Shown: one piece after another, positions 31,410 to 41,870 of the stretch
Layout of the letters: every line of letters begins with the position of its first letter
Numbering within the stretch: the stretch's first letter is position 1
Assembly: GCA_963720755.1 (NCBI GenBank)
Contig: CAVRGP010000011.1
Coordinates: 903,979 to 967,978 of the forward strand
Direction of reading: 5' to 3'
DNA: 64,000 nt
Origin: an uncultured Chloroflexia bacterium
GTDB lineage: Bacteria; Chloroflexota; Limnocylindria; Limnocylindrales; CSP1-4
Notes under the pieces: generated by a model
What the model was told of the DNA's origin: nothing
Database searches by the model: none
The model's input: only the letters and a program-made list of their open reading frames with translations
Program-made: the position numbers and the translations under genes

Positions 31410-32414
31410 ATGCCTGCCGTCGCCGTCGAAGACATCACCGTCCTGCCGCGGATCCATACACCGGATCCAGCGATCGCCCGCCACCGGCCCATTCGGAGCG
31501 TGACGAATGCGCCTCGTGGGTTGGAAGGGGAGGGGTTCCCGGTCCGGCGAGCGTTCGCCGGGGTGGATCTGGCCGATCTCGACCCATTCATCCACCTTGA
31601 CCAGATGGGTGAGATCGAATACGCCCCGGGTGAACCGAAAGGGACACCGTGGCATCCGCATCGCGGGTTCGAGACCGTCACCTACATGATCGACGGCGTG
31701 TTCGAGCACGCCGACTCGAATGGCGGCGGCGGCGTGATCACCAACGGCGACACGCAGTGGATGACGGCCGGCGCCGGGATCCTCCATATCGAGAAGCCGC
31801 CGGAATGGCTCGTCGTCAGTGGCGGGATGTTCCATGGCCTGCAACTGTGGGTGAACCTCCCGGCCGCCCAGAAGCTGTCGCCACCGCGGTATCAGGACCT
31901 GCGTGCCAGCGAGGTTGCTCTTGTGTCCTCGCCGGATGGTGGGGCGCTGATCCGGATCATCGCGGGCGAAGTCGACGGTCACGCTGGACCCGGTTCGACC
32001 TATTCACCGATGACGATGGTCCATGCCACGCTCAGCCCCGGTGCGAAGGTGTCGCTGCCGTGGCGGCCGGACTACAACGCCCTGGTGTACGTCCTGTCCG
32101 GACTGGGAAGTGTGGGTGCCGAAGGCCGGCCGATCGAAGCCGGACAGCTGGCCGTCCTGGGTGCCGGCGACGTGGTGACCGTGGCTGCCGCCGCGATCCA
32201 GGAGCAGCGCAGTCCGAATCTCGATCTGATCATCCTTGGCGGTCGGCCGATCGGGGAGCCGGTCGCCTGGATGGGACCGTTCGTGATGAATACGCGGGAA
32301 GAGGTCATGCAGGCCGTCGCCGACTACCAGGCCGGTCGGCTGGGCACGATCCCCGCAGTCCACAGCGCCCCGACCACCCTCATCGAGACCCGGCGACCCG
32401 TCGATCCCAGCTAG
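31410..32414 (+). CDS. Pirin family protein
   Basis: EGEGFPVRR, DPFIHLD, HPHRGFETVTY, QWMTAGAGILHIE, GPFVMNT. Confidence 0.94.
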   Translation: MPAVAVEDITVLPRIHTPDPAIARHRPIRSVTNAPRGLEGEGFPVRRAFAGVDLADLDPFIHLDQMGEIEYAPGEPKGTPWHPHRGFETVTYMIDGVFEHADSNGGGGVITNGDTQWMTAGAGILHIEKPPEWLVVSGGMFHGLQLWVNLPAAQKLSPPRYQDLRASEVALVSSPDGGALIRIIAGEVDGHAGPGSTYSPMTMVHATLSPGAKVSLPWRPDYNALVYVLSGLGSVGAEGRPIEAGQLAVLGAGDVVTVAAAAIQEQRSPNLDLIILGGRPIGEPVAWMGPFVMNTREEVMQAVADYQAGRLGTIPAVHSAPTTLIETRRPVDPS

Positions 32415-32447
32415 GGCTGCCGGTCACGGGGGTGCCATACTCCGAGC

Positions 32448-34961
32448 GTGATGCCGGGGTCGAAGTCGGGGTCGGGTTCGGGCCGGCACGGCCTGCCGAC
32501 CGGGACGGTGACGTTCCTGTTCAGCGACATCGAAGGTTCGACCAGGCTCCTCGCGCGGCTTGGTCCGTCGGGTTACGCGGACGCGTTGGCCGGACACCGC
32601 CAGATCCTGCGTGAGGCCATCACCGCCCAGGATGGCGTGGAGGTCGACGCGCAGGGCGATGCGATCTTCGCCGCGTTCCCGACGGCCTCTGGTGCCGTGG
32701 CGGCCGCCCAGGCGGCCCAGGCGGGTCTGCGCGATGGGCCGATCACTGTCAGGATCGGGATCCATACAGGCACGGCCACGGCGACCGTCGACGGGTACGT
32801 GGGCATCGACGTCCATCGGGGGGCCCGGGTCGCGGCGCTCGCCCACGGTGGCCAGGTCCTCATATCCGCGGCCACGGCGGCCCTCGTCGAGACGGTGCCG
32901 ATGGAGGACCTCGGACGGCACCGACTCAAGGATTTCGACGCGCCGATCCGGATCTTCCAGCTCGGCACGACGAGGTTCCCGCCACTGCGGACACCGGGCG
33001 CCGTCGATCTGCCCACGCCGCCGAGTCGATTCCTTGGGCGTCAGGGCGAGCTTCACGATGCCGTCGGGCGATGGCTCGAGCTCGAACCACGGGTCCTCAC
33101 GATCGTCGGCCCAGGCGGGACAGGCAAGACGAGGTTCGCGATCGAGCTGGCTCGCTTCCTGGCGGACGACGCGGACGGAGGCACGGTCTACATCGCATTG
33201 GCTCCGGTCCGCGACGCCACCCTCGTCGTTCCGATGATCGCGACGGTGCTCGGGGCGTCGGGCGACACCGCTGCGGCGATCGGCGCCCGGATCGGCGGAA
33301 AGCCGACCCACATCGTGCTTGACAACCTGGAGCAACTCCTCCCCGATGTGGCCCCAAGGCTCGCGGAGGTGCTGACCGCTGCACCCACGCTCCGTATCCT
33401 CGCTACCAGCCGCGAACCGCTGCGGATCGCCGGCGAGGTCGAGTTCGACCTGCAGCCGATGGAGGAAGCCGAGGCTGTCGCCCTCTTCGTGCAACGAGCG
33501 ATGGCCCTTCGCGGCGACATTGGATCGTCGCCGGCGATCCCGGAACTCGTGCGGCGCCTCGACGGGCTGCCCCTTGCGATCGAACTTGCGGCGGCGAGGA
33601 TGAACGTCCTGGGTCCGAAGCAGTTGCTCGAGCGCATCACCCAGCGTCTCGATCTGCTCAAAGGTGGTCGTGACGTCGATGAACGCCACTCGACGCTTCG
33701 GGCCACGATCGCATGGAGTTACGACCTCCTCGACGCCGATGAGCAGCTGCTCTTCGGGCGCCTCGCCCTCTTCCGAGGTGGGTGCTCGCTGGCGGACGTC
33801 GAAGCCGTTTGCGACGGTGACATCGAAACGCTCGCATCGCTGCTCGACAAGAGCCTGGTGCGGCGACGGGTCGTCGACGATGACGAGGACCGCTACTGGA
33901 TGCTCGAAACCATCCGCGATTTCGCCCGGGAGCGTCTGGACGCTGCGGGCGAGGAAGACCTCTTGCGTCGGAGCCAGGAGGACCGGTTGTTCGAGCTCGT
34001 CGACCGGGCTGGGACCCGAGCGGTGATCCACGGCCCGGAACGCTGGGACTTCGACCTCCTCGCGCCGGAGATCGACAACATCCGCGCCGTCCTTGAGTGG
34101 AGCCTCGATGCGGATCCGGAACGAGGACTCCGGCTCGCAGCATGGATGGAATCGTTCTGGGTCGTTCGCGACCCGATCGAGGGGGCCAGCTGGCTCGAGC
34201 GGCTCCTCGACCGGGCCGATGATGCTGACCCGATGCTTCGAGCGCGGGCGTTGCGAGCCCTCGGCGGCACCCTCGACATCGTCGGCGAGCCCGATCGTGC
34301 GGCGCCGTACTACCGACAGAGTCTCGACCTGTTCGTAGCCGCGGGCGCGTCGAAGGAGGCTGCACACGGCCGCTTCCGCGTCGCCACGAACATGATCTAC
34401 CGTGGCGAACGAGCCGAAGCGTGGCCGTTGATGGAGGGGGCCTTGGACGACTTCCTGCGTCTCGGCATGCGCCTGGGCGAATGCCAGGTATTGGGCGTGC
34501 TGGCCCAGCGGTCGTACCGGGAGGGCGACGTGACGTTGGCCCTTCGACAGGTCCTTGAGAGCGCCGCGATCGCAGACGAGGCCGGTTGGGCGTGGTGGGC
34601 CGCTCAGGAGTACGACGACGCGGCGACGTTCGAACGGGAGCTTGGCCATCTTGACGCCGCCGAAGGCCACGCGACGCGATCGCTCGATCTGGCCTTTGCC
34701 CTGGGTGATCGCCGCGTGGTCCTGTTCGCAGCCGCAGACCTCGCCATCATCGCCGCGGCGCGGGGCGATGCGGGTCGCGCCGGACGGTTGTGGGGTGCGA
34801 TCGAGGTCGAGGCCGAGTCCGGTCGCGTCGGCCAGTGGGAACAGCATCGGGCCGCCCTGGAACGGGACGTGCTGGTCATCGACAGCGAGGCGTTCAGGAG
34901 CGCCTGGGATGAGGGCCGCATGCTTTCGGTCAGGCAGGCCGCTGCGCCCGGTCCCGACTAG
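32448..34961 (+). CDS. Class III adenylate/guanylate cyclase + STAND (NB-ARC-like) ATPase + TPR
   Basis: TVTFLFSDIEGST, QGDAIF, GPGGTGKT, VLDNLE, LDGLPLAIELAAAR. Confidence 0.9.
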   Translation: MMPGSKSGSGSGRHGLPTGTVTFLFSDIEGSTRLLARLGPSGYADALAGHRQILREAITAQDGVEVDAQGDAIFAAFPTASGAVAAAQAAQAGLRDGPITVRIGIHTGTATATVDGYVGIDVHRGARVAALAHGGQVLISAATAALVETVPMEDLGRHRLKDFDAPIRIFQLGTTRFPPLRTPGAVDLPTPPSRFLGRQGELHDAVGRWLELEPRVLTIVGPGGTGKTRFAIELARFLADDADGGTVYIALAPVRDATLVVPMIATVLGASGDTAAAIGARIGGKPTHIVLDNLEQLLPDVAPRLAEVLTAAPTLRILATSREPLRIAGEVEFDLQPMEEAEAVALFVQRAMALRGDIGSSPAIPELVRRLDGLPLAIELAAARMNVLGPKQLLERITQRLDLLKGGRDVDERHSTLRATIAWSYDLLDADEQLLFGRLALFRGGCSLADVEAVCDGDIETLASLLDKSLVRRRVVDDDEDRYWMLETIRDFARERLDAAGEEDLLRRSQEDRLFELVDRAGTRAVIHGPERWDFDLLAPEIDNIRAVLEWSLDADPERGLRLAAWMESFWVVRDPIEGASWLERLLDRADDADPMLRARALRALGGTLDIVGEPDRAAPYYRQSLDLFVAAGASKEAAHGRFRVATNMIYRGERAEAWPLMEGALDDFLRLGMRLGECQVLGVLAQRSYREGDVTLALRQVLESAAIADEAGWAWWAAQEYDDAATFERELGHLDAAEGHATRSLDLAFALGDRRVVLFAAADLAIIAAARGDAGRAGRLWGAIEVEAESGRVGQWEQHRAALERDVLVIDSEAFRSAWDEGRMLSVRQAAAPGPD

Positions 34962-34982
34962 CGAGTGATCCTTCGAGACCGC

Positions 34983-35429
34983 CTAGATCCGCTGCTCGTG
35001 GAGCGCGGCGACGGTCTTGTCGATCCGCCGCTGGCGAGTCTCCGGGGCTTTCGCACCCTCGATCGGTTCGACGATCCGGCGTTTGTTGCTGTGCGAGAGG
35101 CCGTCAAAGAACGCCTTGGCGTCCGGGTCGCCATCGAGTGCGCTCGCGAGGTCGGGAGGCACCGCGATGACCCGCGGCTCCGTGTCGAGCTCGAGGTCGA
35201 CATCCACCGTATCCCCCGCGGAGACCCCGGCCTCGGCGCGAACGGCGTTGCTCACCCCGAGCATGAAGACGCCGCCCATCGACGCGATCGAACTTCGATA
35301 GGTGAAGCCATTGATGGTCACCCGGACCGCCGGCTTGCGACTGGGTCCGAGCGCCGCGACGACCTCGTCCGGCACCTGGATCCCCGCGGCGGTCTTGCCG
35401 GTCGCCTGGATCGTGGCACGGAATTGCAT
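34983..35429 (-). CDS. DUF1905 / YdeI-OmpD-associated family protein
   Basis: GKTAAGIQVP, VRVTINGFTYRSS, VPPDLASAL, AKAPETRQRRI. Confidence 0.88.
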   Translation of the reverse strand: MQFRATIQATGKTAAGIQVPDEVVAALGPSRKPAVRVTINGFTYRSSIASMGGVFMLGVSNAVRAEAGVSAGDTVDVDLELDTEPRVIAVPPDLASALDGDPDAKAFFDGLSHSNKRRIVEPIEGAKAPETRQRRIDKTVAALHEQRI

Positions 35430-35449
35430 GACCGGAGTATGCCTGTGGA

Positions 35450-36451
35450 TCATGGATCCGTGGCGGGCTCGGAGTCCGGGATCGGGTCTCCAGCGACGGC
35501 TGGATCCGATCGGCGCGGCGGCCCGGCCCGCGGATCGAGCCGGATATCGCGAAGGGCGAAACCCAGTGCTCCGAGTGCCAGCATGGACGTCCCGATCGTG
35601 ACCATGATGCCGACCCAGAACAGGGCGGGGCTGCCGCCGCGCTCGGCGAGGACCAGCAGGACTTCGAGCGGGTCCGCGGCGATGATCAGATACGCCAAAA
35701 CACCGAGCACGAGGGCCGCCGCGCCGAGACCGATGGGCAGCACGGCCGAGAGGCGACCGAACTCGGTCGTGCGACGCCCGAGGACGTCGATCCCACGACG
35801 CCAGGCAAGCACGGCGGCAAAGCCGGCTCCCCACGCCGTCGCCACGAAGACGCCGCCGATCGCATCGGCCATCCGGTGCCAGCCGGCCACCAGCGTGCTC
35901 GCCCCGACGATCGCGACCACGACCGCCGATACCACGACCGTCGGGGCCCGGAGCAACGGCGGCAGGACGAGCAGCAGGCCAACCGCGATCGAGGCTGCAG
36001 CCGTGGCATGGCCGCTCGGGAAGCTGTTCGGCAGGGCGTAGAACATGCCATCGAGCAGGTCTGAACGCTCGAGCAGCACGGACTTGAGCAGCTGGGTCGA
36101 GACATTCGCCGCGATGATCGTCAGGACCGCGACGGCCGCCAGTCGAGGACGGTGCTGGATCAAGGCGATGGCGACGAGCAGGATCGTCCCGGCGAAGAGC
36201 GTCGATCGCGACAGGGTGCCCAGGACGCGATCGGCGGCGACGATGACCTCGTGAGTCGCAGGCCGGCCGCCGAGGATGAGCTCGCTGACGAGCTGTCCGG
36301 TCCGTGTCCCGACCGTCACGATGTAGGACAACCCGGCGACCGCCGCGGCTCCGACAGACACCACGAGGAGACGTCGGACCGCCCTGGGCCGACGTACGAC
36401 GAGCTCTTCGATGGCGGGGCCCGGCGGCGGCGGGTCACTCGGATCGATCAT
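35450..36451 (-). CDS. PAP2 family membrane phosphatase
   Basis: Multiple TMs, NSFPSGHAT, AGWHRMAD. Confidence 0.83.
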   Translation of the reverse strand: MIDPSDPPPPGPAIEELVVRRPRAVRRLLVVSVGAAAVAGLSYIVTVGTRTGQLVSELILGGRPATHEVIVAADRVLGTLSRSTLFAGTILLVAIALIQHRPRLAAVAVLTIIAANVSTQLLKSVLLERSDLLDGMFYALPNSFPSGHATAAASIAVGLLLVLPPLLRAPTVVVSAVVVAIVGASTLVAGWHRMADAIGGVFVATAWGAGFAAVLAWRRGIDVLGRRTTEFGRLSAVLPIGLGAAALVLGVLAYLIIAADPLEVLLVLAERGGSPALFWVGIMVTIGTSMLALGALGFALRDIRLDPRAGPPRRSDPAVAGDPIPDSEPATDP

Positions 36452-36462
36452 CGCCGTACCCG

Positions 36463-37011
36463 TCAGAGCCGTCGGATCGTATCCCCGGCGTGGATCGTGC
36501 CTCCGACGACGATCCGTGCGTGCGCCCCACGCATCCGGTGGGCGCGCCCGGTCGGCGAGTTGATCCATCGGAGGGCATCGCCACCGAAGCGGGCACTGAA
36601 CTTTGCGCAACCGTTGTGGGGGATCCCAGTGATCTCGATGACGGCCGACCCGATCGACAGGCGTGCCCCGGACGGCAGGGCCTCCGTTCGCAGATCGAGA
36701 TCGACATAGAGCTGGTCCCCGGCGAGGGCCCAACGATCTGGGTCGGGCTCGATGGCGCGGAGGACCCGAATACTGACGAGCGTGATCTGTGTGTCCGGAT
36801 CGGCCGAACCGTCGCTCGTATGCCGGCTGCCCCGATCCAGCCAGTCGTCACCCACCAGGCCCACGGTCGGATCCAGGGTCGCCTCGGCGATGGTCTCGCG
36901 CTCGTCCACCGCAGGGCGCCGAATGATCCGTTCGAGCCGCCCGGCATCGCGCGGAGCGGCCTGGATGTCCGTGAGCGCCGGCTCGAACCGGGACGACTGA
37001 ATCTCGACCAT
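36463..37011 (-). CDS. MOSC domain protein
   Basis: GLVGDDW, AGDQLYVD, PHNGCAKF.ARFG, RG...GGTIHAGD. Confidence 0.88.
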   Translation of the reverse strand: MVEIQSSRFEPALTDIQAAPRDAGRLERIIRRPAVDERETIAEATLDPTVGLVGDDWLDRGSRHTSDGSADPDTQITLVSIRVLRAIEPDPDRWALAGDQLYVDLDLRTEALPSGARLSIGSAVIEITGIPHNGCAKFSARFGGDALRWINSPTGRAHRMRGAHARIVVGGTIHAGDTIRRL

Positions 37012-37099
37012 CGCAACAGGGTAGCGCTCTCACCCTGGGATGTCAGCCGTGGAAGGCATCCCGGTTGACAGTGTCGGCCGGTCGGGGTTTGCTGATCGC

Positions 37100-37468
37100 A
37101 TGGTCAACGACGTGTCGGTGGTAATCGACGAGATCCTGGCGCGGTTGCGCCCCGACCAGCGCGACGCCCTCCAGGCGGTGCGGGAGACGATCGTGACCTC
37201 GGCTCCGGCGGCGGTGGAGGCGCTGAGTTATGGGGCACCAGCGTTCCGGTACCGCGGTCGGCCACTCATCGCCTACGCGGCCGCGAAGGCCCACTGCGCG
37301 ATCTACCCGATGAGCCCGAACCTCATCGTGCTGTTCCGAGACGAACTTGAAGGGTTCGAGACATCCAAGGGCGCGATCCGCTTCATACCGGCACGACCGG
37401 TCCCGGCGAGTGTCATCACGAGGCTCGTGCAGGCGAGGATGGCGGAGATCGATGCGACTGCGTCCTGA
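37100..37468 (+). CDS. DUF1801 (YdhG-like) protein
   Basis: SYGAPAFR, AAAKAHCAIYP, SKGAIRF; TTGACA at 37065-70. Confidence 0.85.
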   Translation: MVNDVSVVIDEILARLRPDQRDALQAVRETIVTSAPAAVEALSYGAPAFRYRGRPLIAYAAAKAHCAIYPMSPNLIVLFRDELEGFETSKGAIRFIPARPVPASVITRLVQARMAEIDATAS

Positions 37469-38012
37469 GCCGATCCTGCGCCGGATCCTTACCGCCGACC
37501 TCGCGCCTCAGGAGATCGTGGCACTCCGGACACTTCTCGACGCGGCATTCGGCTCGGATCTCGAGGACCGCTTCACCGATGACGACTGGGACCACGCGCT
37601 CGGTGGAACCCATTTCGTCCTCGAACAGGACCGACGGATCGTCACCCATGCGGCGCTCGTCGAGCGCGTCCTCGAGATCGACGGGCGCGCGCTTCGAACG
37701 GGCTACGTGGAGGCCGTGGCCACCGACGCAGCATTCGAGGATCGGGGCTTTGGTTCCGTGGTGATATCGGCGATCGACGAGGAGATCCGCCGGCGGTACG
37801 AGCTGGGAGCCCTGGGGACCGGCCGGCACCGCTTCTACGCACGTCTCGGCTGGGAGACCTGGGCGGGGCCACTCTTCGTCCGAACGCCGGACGGACCGAG
37901 GCGGACGCCGGACGACGAGGGCTACCTCATGATCCTTCGGACGCCGAAGTCGCCGCCGTTCGACACGACCGCTTCGATCAGCTGCGATCCGCGCAGTGGC
38001 GACGACTGGTGA
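37452..38012 (+). CDS. GNAT acetyltransferase, AAC(2')-like
   Basis: FTDDDWDHALGG, LRTGYVEAVA, FYARLGW, CDPRSGDDW. Confidence 0.85.
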   Translation: MRLRPEPILRRILTADLAPQEIVALRTLLDAAFGSDLEDRFTDDDWDHALGGTHFVLEQDRRIVTHAALVERVLEIDGRALRTGYVEAVATDAAFEDRGFGSVVISAIDEEIRRRYELGALGTGRHRFYARLGWETWAGPLFVRTPDGPRRTPDDEGYLMILRTPKSPPFDTTASISCDPRSGDDW

Positions 38013-38028
38013 CGCGGTCGCTCGGGGC

Positions 38029-38238
38029 CTAGAACGCCTTTCGGACCATGATCAGACCGAGCACGATCACGACGAACCCGGCCAGCAGGGCCGCGGGCGG
38101 CATCGCGGAGATCGTGTGCATCGAGTCGGTCGCGAACTGGCTGAGCTGGGCGCCGACATCGACCGGGTGCCCACCGCCGCCTGACCCACCGTTGGCGCGC
38201 CCGGCGACCTGACCTGCCGCATTGCCGTACTCGAGCAT
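38029..38238 (-). CDS. Small Gly-rich single-TM protein
   Basis: 69 aa with C-terminal hydrophobic helix; fills the intergenic gap; -10-like box 6 nt upstream. Confidence 0.55.
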   Translation of the reverse strand: MLEYGNAAGQVAGRANGGSGGGGHPVDVGAQLSQFATDSMHTISAMPPAALLAGFVVIVLGLIMVRKAF

Positions 38239-38300
38239 GTGCGCATCATCGCACGCCCTGGCAAGGTGTCCGCACGTACCGATGCACGTATCCTAGGCCG

Positions 38301-41300
38301 ATGATCTGCGCAGCATGCGGGACGACGAACGCGTCGGGTCGTCGGTTCTGCCTCGAGTGTGGCGCGGCGCTGGCGATGGGGTGTCCATCGTGCGGCGCGC
38401 CGAACGAGCCCGCTGCAAAGTTCTGCGGCACGTGCGGCAGCTCGTTGGCAGGCGGCGCGCGATCCGAGCCGGCGTCCCTCGCCAGCGCATCGCCTGCTCC
38501 GGCCGTCGCAGAGCGGCGTGTCGTGACCGTCCTGTTCGTGGACCTCGTCGGGTTCACGGCGCTCGCGGAGGATCGAGATCCGGAAACGGTTCGCGAACTC
38601 CTGGGCAAGTACTTCGAGTTGGCCGGTGAGGTCATCGCCCGATACGGCGGCACCATCGAGAAGTTCATCGGCGACGCGGTCATGGCCATGTGGGGTGCCC
38701 CGACAGCGTTCGAGGACGATGCCGAGCGGGCCGTCCGAGCGGCTCTCGACGTCGTCGATGCCATCCCCTCGCTTGGTCTTGGAGCCGGGCTGGAGCTCCG
38801 GGCGAGGGCAGGGATCATGACCGGCGAAGCGGCCGTCACCCTGGGCGCGAGCGGGCAGGGGATGGTCGCCGGCGATCTCGTCAACACGGCCAGTCGCCTC
38901 CAATCGGTCGCGCCTCCGGGAGCGGTGCTGGTCGGCGAGACGGCGCGCGAGGCCGCCGGACCGGCGATCGCCTTCGAACCAGCCGGCGAGACGCTGCTGA
39001 AGGGCAAGACGAGCCCGGTGCCGGCGTTCCGGGCCTTGCGTGTGGTCGCCGAGCGGGGCGGGATGCGGCGGGGCGACGTGCTGGAACCTCCGTTCGTGGG
39101 CCGTGCCGACGAGCTTCGGTTCCTCAAGGAACAGTTCCACATGGCGGGGCGCGAGCAACGGGCGAGAGTCGTCTCGCTCGTCGGCCAGGGCGGGATCGGG
39201 AAGAGCCGGCTCGCATGGGAACTCGAGAAATACCTGGACGGGGTCGTTGAATCGGTCTGGTGGCATCGCGGTCGGTCACCGGCGTACGGCGCGGGGGTCA
39301 CCTTCTGGGCGCTCGGTGAGATGGTCCGCAGGCGCGCCGGTCTGGCGGAGGGGGACGACGAGGAGGCGACCCGGACGGCCGTCGCCAAGATGCTCGAGGT
39401 GTACGTCTCCGATGAGGAGGAGCGGCGCTGGATCGAACCCCGGCTGCTCGTCCTCCTCGGCGTGGAGACGGCTCCACCGGGCGGGCGCGAAGAACTCTTC
39501 GCGGCATGGCGGACGTTCTTCGAGCGGGTCGCGGCGACCGGGACCGTGGCTCTTGTCTTCGAGGACCTGCAATGGGCCGACGACGGCCTGCTCGACTTCA
39601 TCGAGCACGTGCTCGATTGGAGCCGGAGCCATCCGATCTTCGTCGTGACTCTGGCCCGACCGGAATTGCTCGAGCGACGTCCCGGTTGGGGGACGGACCG
39701 GCGAGGGGCGGTCGCGATGCGACTCGACCCACTGACCGACGCATCGATGCGCGAACTCCTGGCGGGAATCGCTCCGGGTCTTCCCGATGTGGCGGCGGAA
39801 CGCATCCTCGCTCGGGCGGACGGGATCCCGCTCTACGCCGTCGAGACCATCAGGATGTTCCTGGCCGACGGACGCCTGACGTTCGGTACCGATGACCGTG
39901 TCACGCTCACGGGCGACCTGGGTGAGATCGATGTCCCGCCGACGCTCCAGGCGCTGGTCGCAGCTCGCCTCGATGCGTTACCGCCGGTTGACCGCTCCTT
40001 GCTGCAGGACGCGTCCGTCCTCGGACAGTCGTTCACCGTCCCGGCCCTCTCGGCGGTGAGCGGCGAGGACGCGGACGCGCTTGTCGCTCGACTCGCTTCG
40101 TTGGTACGACGGGAGCTCCTGATCGTCGAGACCGACCCGCGGTCCCCGGGGCGCGGTCAGCATGCCTTCATCCAGTCGCTCATCCGTGAGGTCGCCTATG
40201 CGACGCTGTCGCGACGCGACCGCCGGACGCGCCACGTCGCCGCTGCCCGCTTCTTCGAGTCGCTCGGCGATGAGGAGCTGGCCGGCGTCCTGGCGACCCA
40301 TTACATCTCCGCCTATCGCGCAGCGCCGGAAGGTCCGGAGGGCGCGGCGATCGCGGCACAGGCCCGGATCGCGCTGCGAGCTGCCGCTGATCGAGCTGAG
40401 GCGCTCGGAGCCATCGGCCAGGCGATCGACGCCCTTCGCGCGGCGCTGGAGGTAACGGCGGACCGTGCGGAACACCCCGCCATCCTTGTCCGGATCGCCA
40501 GGCTCGAGGCAGGCTCCGCGCGGTACGACGAGGCAGACCGCGATGCCGTGGCTGCCCAGGACCTTGCCACGGAACTCGGCGACGATGCGACGGCGCTCGA
40601 CGCGATCGCCAGCCGAGCGTCCCACCTCTCGAGCCGAGGGCTGATCGCCGAGAGTTTGGCGGTTGCCGAGAGCGCCGCCCCGCTGGCCGATTCGACCAAG
40701 GACATGCCCGCCGCCCGTCCCGCCCGGGCCTGGTATGCGGAGGTCCGCGCCCGCGCCCTGTTCCGATCGGAGAGGTTTGCCGAAGTCATCCCGTGGGCGG
40801 ATGAAGCCCTCGCGCTCGGTGATCCTCTACGCCTCGATTTCATCGTCGCGATGGCGATGATCACGAAGGGAACGGCGCTGTGCATGATGGACCGCCGCTA
40901 CGAGGGCCTCGCGCTCCTCAATGGTGCCTACCACGACGCGACGGCCCACGGTCATCACCTCGCGGCCGCTCGGGCCGGCAACAATCTCTCGTCCTTCCTG
41001 GGCGACACGAACCCGCGCACTGCGTTGGAGTGGGCTCGCACCGGGATGACGCTCGCTCGCCGATTCGGCTTGTCCGGGATGGATACCTACCACGCGGGCA
41101 ACTACGCCTACTCCGCGCGCCGGACCGGTGAATGGGACGCTGCCAAGAGCGCGATCGGCGAACTGCTCGACGCATCGCGCGACGAAGACGGGAGGGTGTG
41201 GCTCGAAGACGTCGTCGCATGGATGGATGTGTGGCGCGGCGCGGACCCTGGTGGGCGACCGTCCGCCATGATCGGGAGGGCCGAGACTTCAGGTGATGCC

Positions 41301-41861
41301 CAAACCCTCGTCAACGCTCTCGTCTGGAGCTTCGAGGTCGCCTACGTGTCCGGAGACATGGCTGCGGCGAATCGATTTGGCCAGCGCGTCCTGGAACATG
41401 ATGCGGGGAGTCCCTACATCCGGTTCGTCTGCGGCAGGATGGCCCTGCACGACGGGGACCGGACGACCGCGGAGCGAGTCCTGGCCCGCATTCAGCCGAG
41501 CCTTGGCGGTGCCTGCGATGGCGATGTGGCCGCCCTCCAGGCGGGCCTGGCGGCGCTCGATGGCCACGTCGACGATGCCGTGCGGGAGTACCGCTTGGGC
41601 CTGAATGTGTATGGCGATCTTGGGCTCCGATGGGACGTCGCGCTGACGGCGCTCGATATGGCGACGTTCGTCGGTCCGGATCACCCTGCGGTCCGAGCGG
41701 CAGCAGCCGATGCGAAGGAGATCCTCAGTGAACTCGGGGCCACGCCCTTGCTGGAGCGACTTGATCGACTCATGGAAGGCGGGAAGTCGGTCACGCCCGC
41801 CAGATCCGGTGCGACGACGGTCGGCGTTGCGGAGGATCGCGGACCCGCGAGTGACGGGTAG
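38301..41861 (+). CDS. Double zinc ribbon + adenylate cyclase + AAA/STAND ATPase + TPR
   Basis: Four CxxC, LFVDLVGFT, EKFIGDAVMA, VNTASRLQ, GQGGIGKS, FEDLQWAD. Confidence 0.92.
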   Translation: MICAACGTTNASGRRFCLECGAALAMGCPSCGAPNEPAAKFCGTCGSSLAGGARSEPASLASASPAPAVAERRVVTVLFVDLVGFTALAEDRDPETVRELLGKYFELAGEVIARYGGTIEKFIGDAVMAMWGAPTAFEDDAERAVRAALDVVDAIPSLGLGAGLELRARAGIMTGEAAVTLGASGQGMVAGDLVNTASRLQSVAPPGAVLVGETAREAAGPAIAFEPAGETLLKGKTSPVPAFRALRVVAERGGMRRGDVLEPPFVGRADELRFLKEQFHMAGREQRARVVSLVGQGGIGKSRLAWELEKYLDGVVESVWWHRGRSPAYGAGVTFWALGEMVRRRAGLAEGDDEEATRTAVAKMLEVYVSDEEERRWIEPRLLVLLGVETAPPGGREELFAAWRTFFERVAATGTVALVFEDLQWADDGLLDFIEHVLDWSRSHPIFVVTLARPELLERRPGWGTDRRGAVAMRLDPLTDASMRELLAGIAPGLPDVAAERILARADGIPLYAVETIRMFLADGRLTFGTDDRVTLTGDLGEIDVPPTLQALVAARLDALPPVDRSLLQDASVLGQSFTVPALSAVSGEDADALVARLASLVRRELLIVETDPRSPGRGQHAFIQSLIREVAYATLSRRDRRTRHVAAARFFESLGDEELAGVLATHYISAYRAAPEGPEGAAIAAQARIALRAAADRAEALGAIGQAIDALRAALEVTADRAEHPAILVRIARLEAGSARYDEADRDAVAAQDLATELGDDATALDAIASRASHLSSRGLIAESLAVAESAAPLADSTKDMPAARPARAWYAEVRARALFRSERFAEVIPWADEALALGDPLRLDFIVAMAMITKGTALCMMDRRYEGLALLNGAYHDATAHGHHLAAARAGNNLSSFLGDTNPRTALEWARTGMTLARRFGLSGMDTYHAGNYAYSARRTGEWDAAKSAIGELLDASRDEDGRVWLEDVVAWMDVWRGADPGGRPSAMIGRAETSGDAQTLVNALVWSFEVAYVSGDMAAANRFGQRVLEHDAGSPYIRFVCGRMALHDGDRTTAERVLARIQPSLGGACDGDVAALQAGLAALDGHVDDAVREYRLGLNVYGDLGLRWDVALTALDMATFVGPDHPAVRAAAADAKEILSELGATPLLERLDRLMEGGKSVTPARSGATTVGVAEDRGPASDG

Positions 41862-41870
41862 TCGGCGCAG

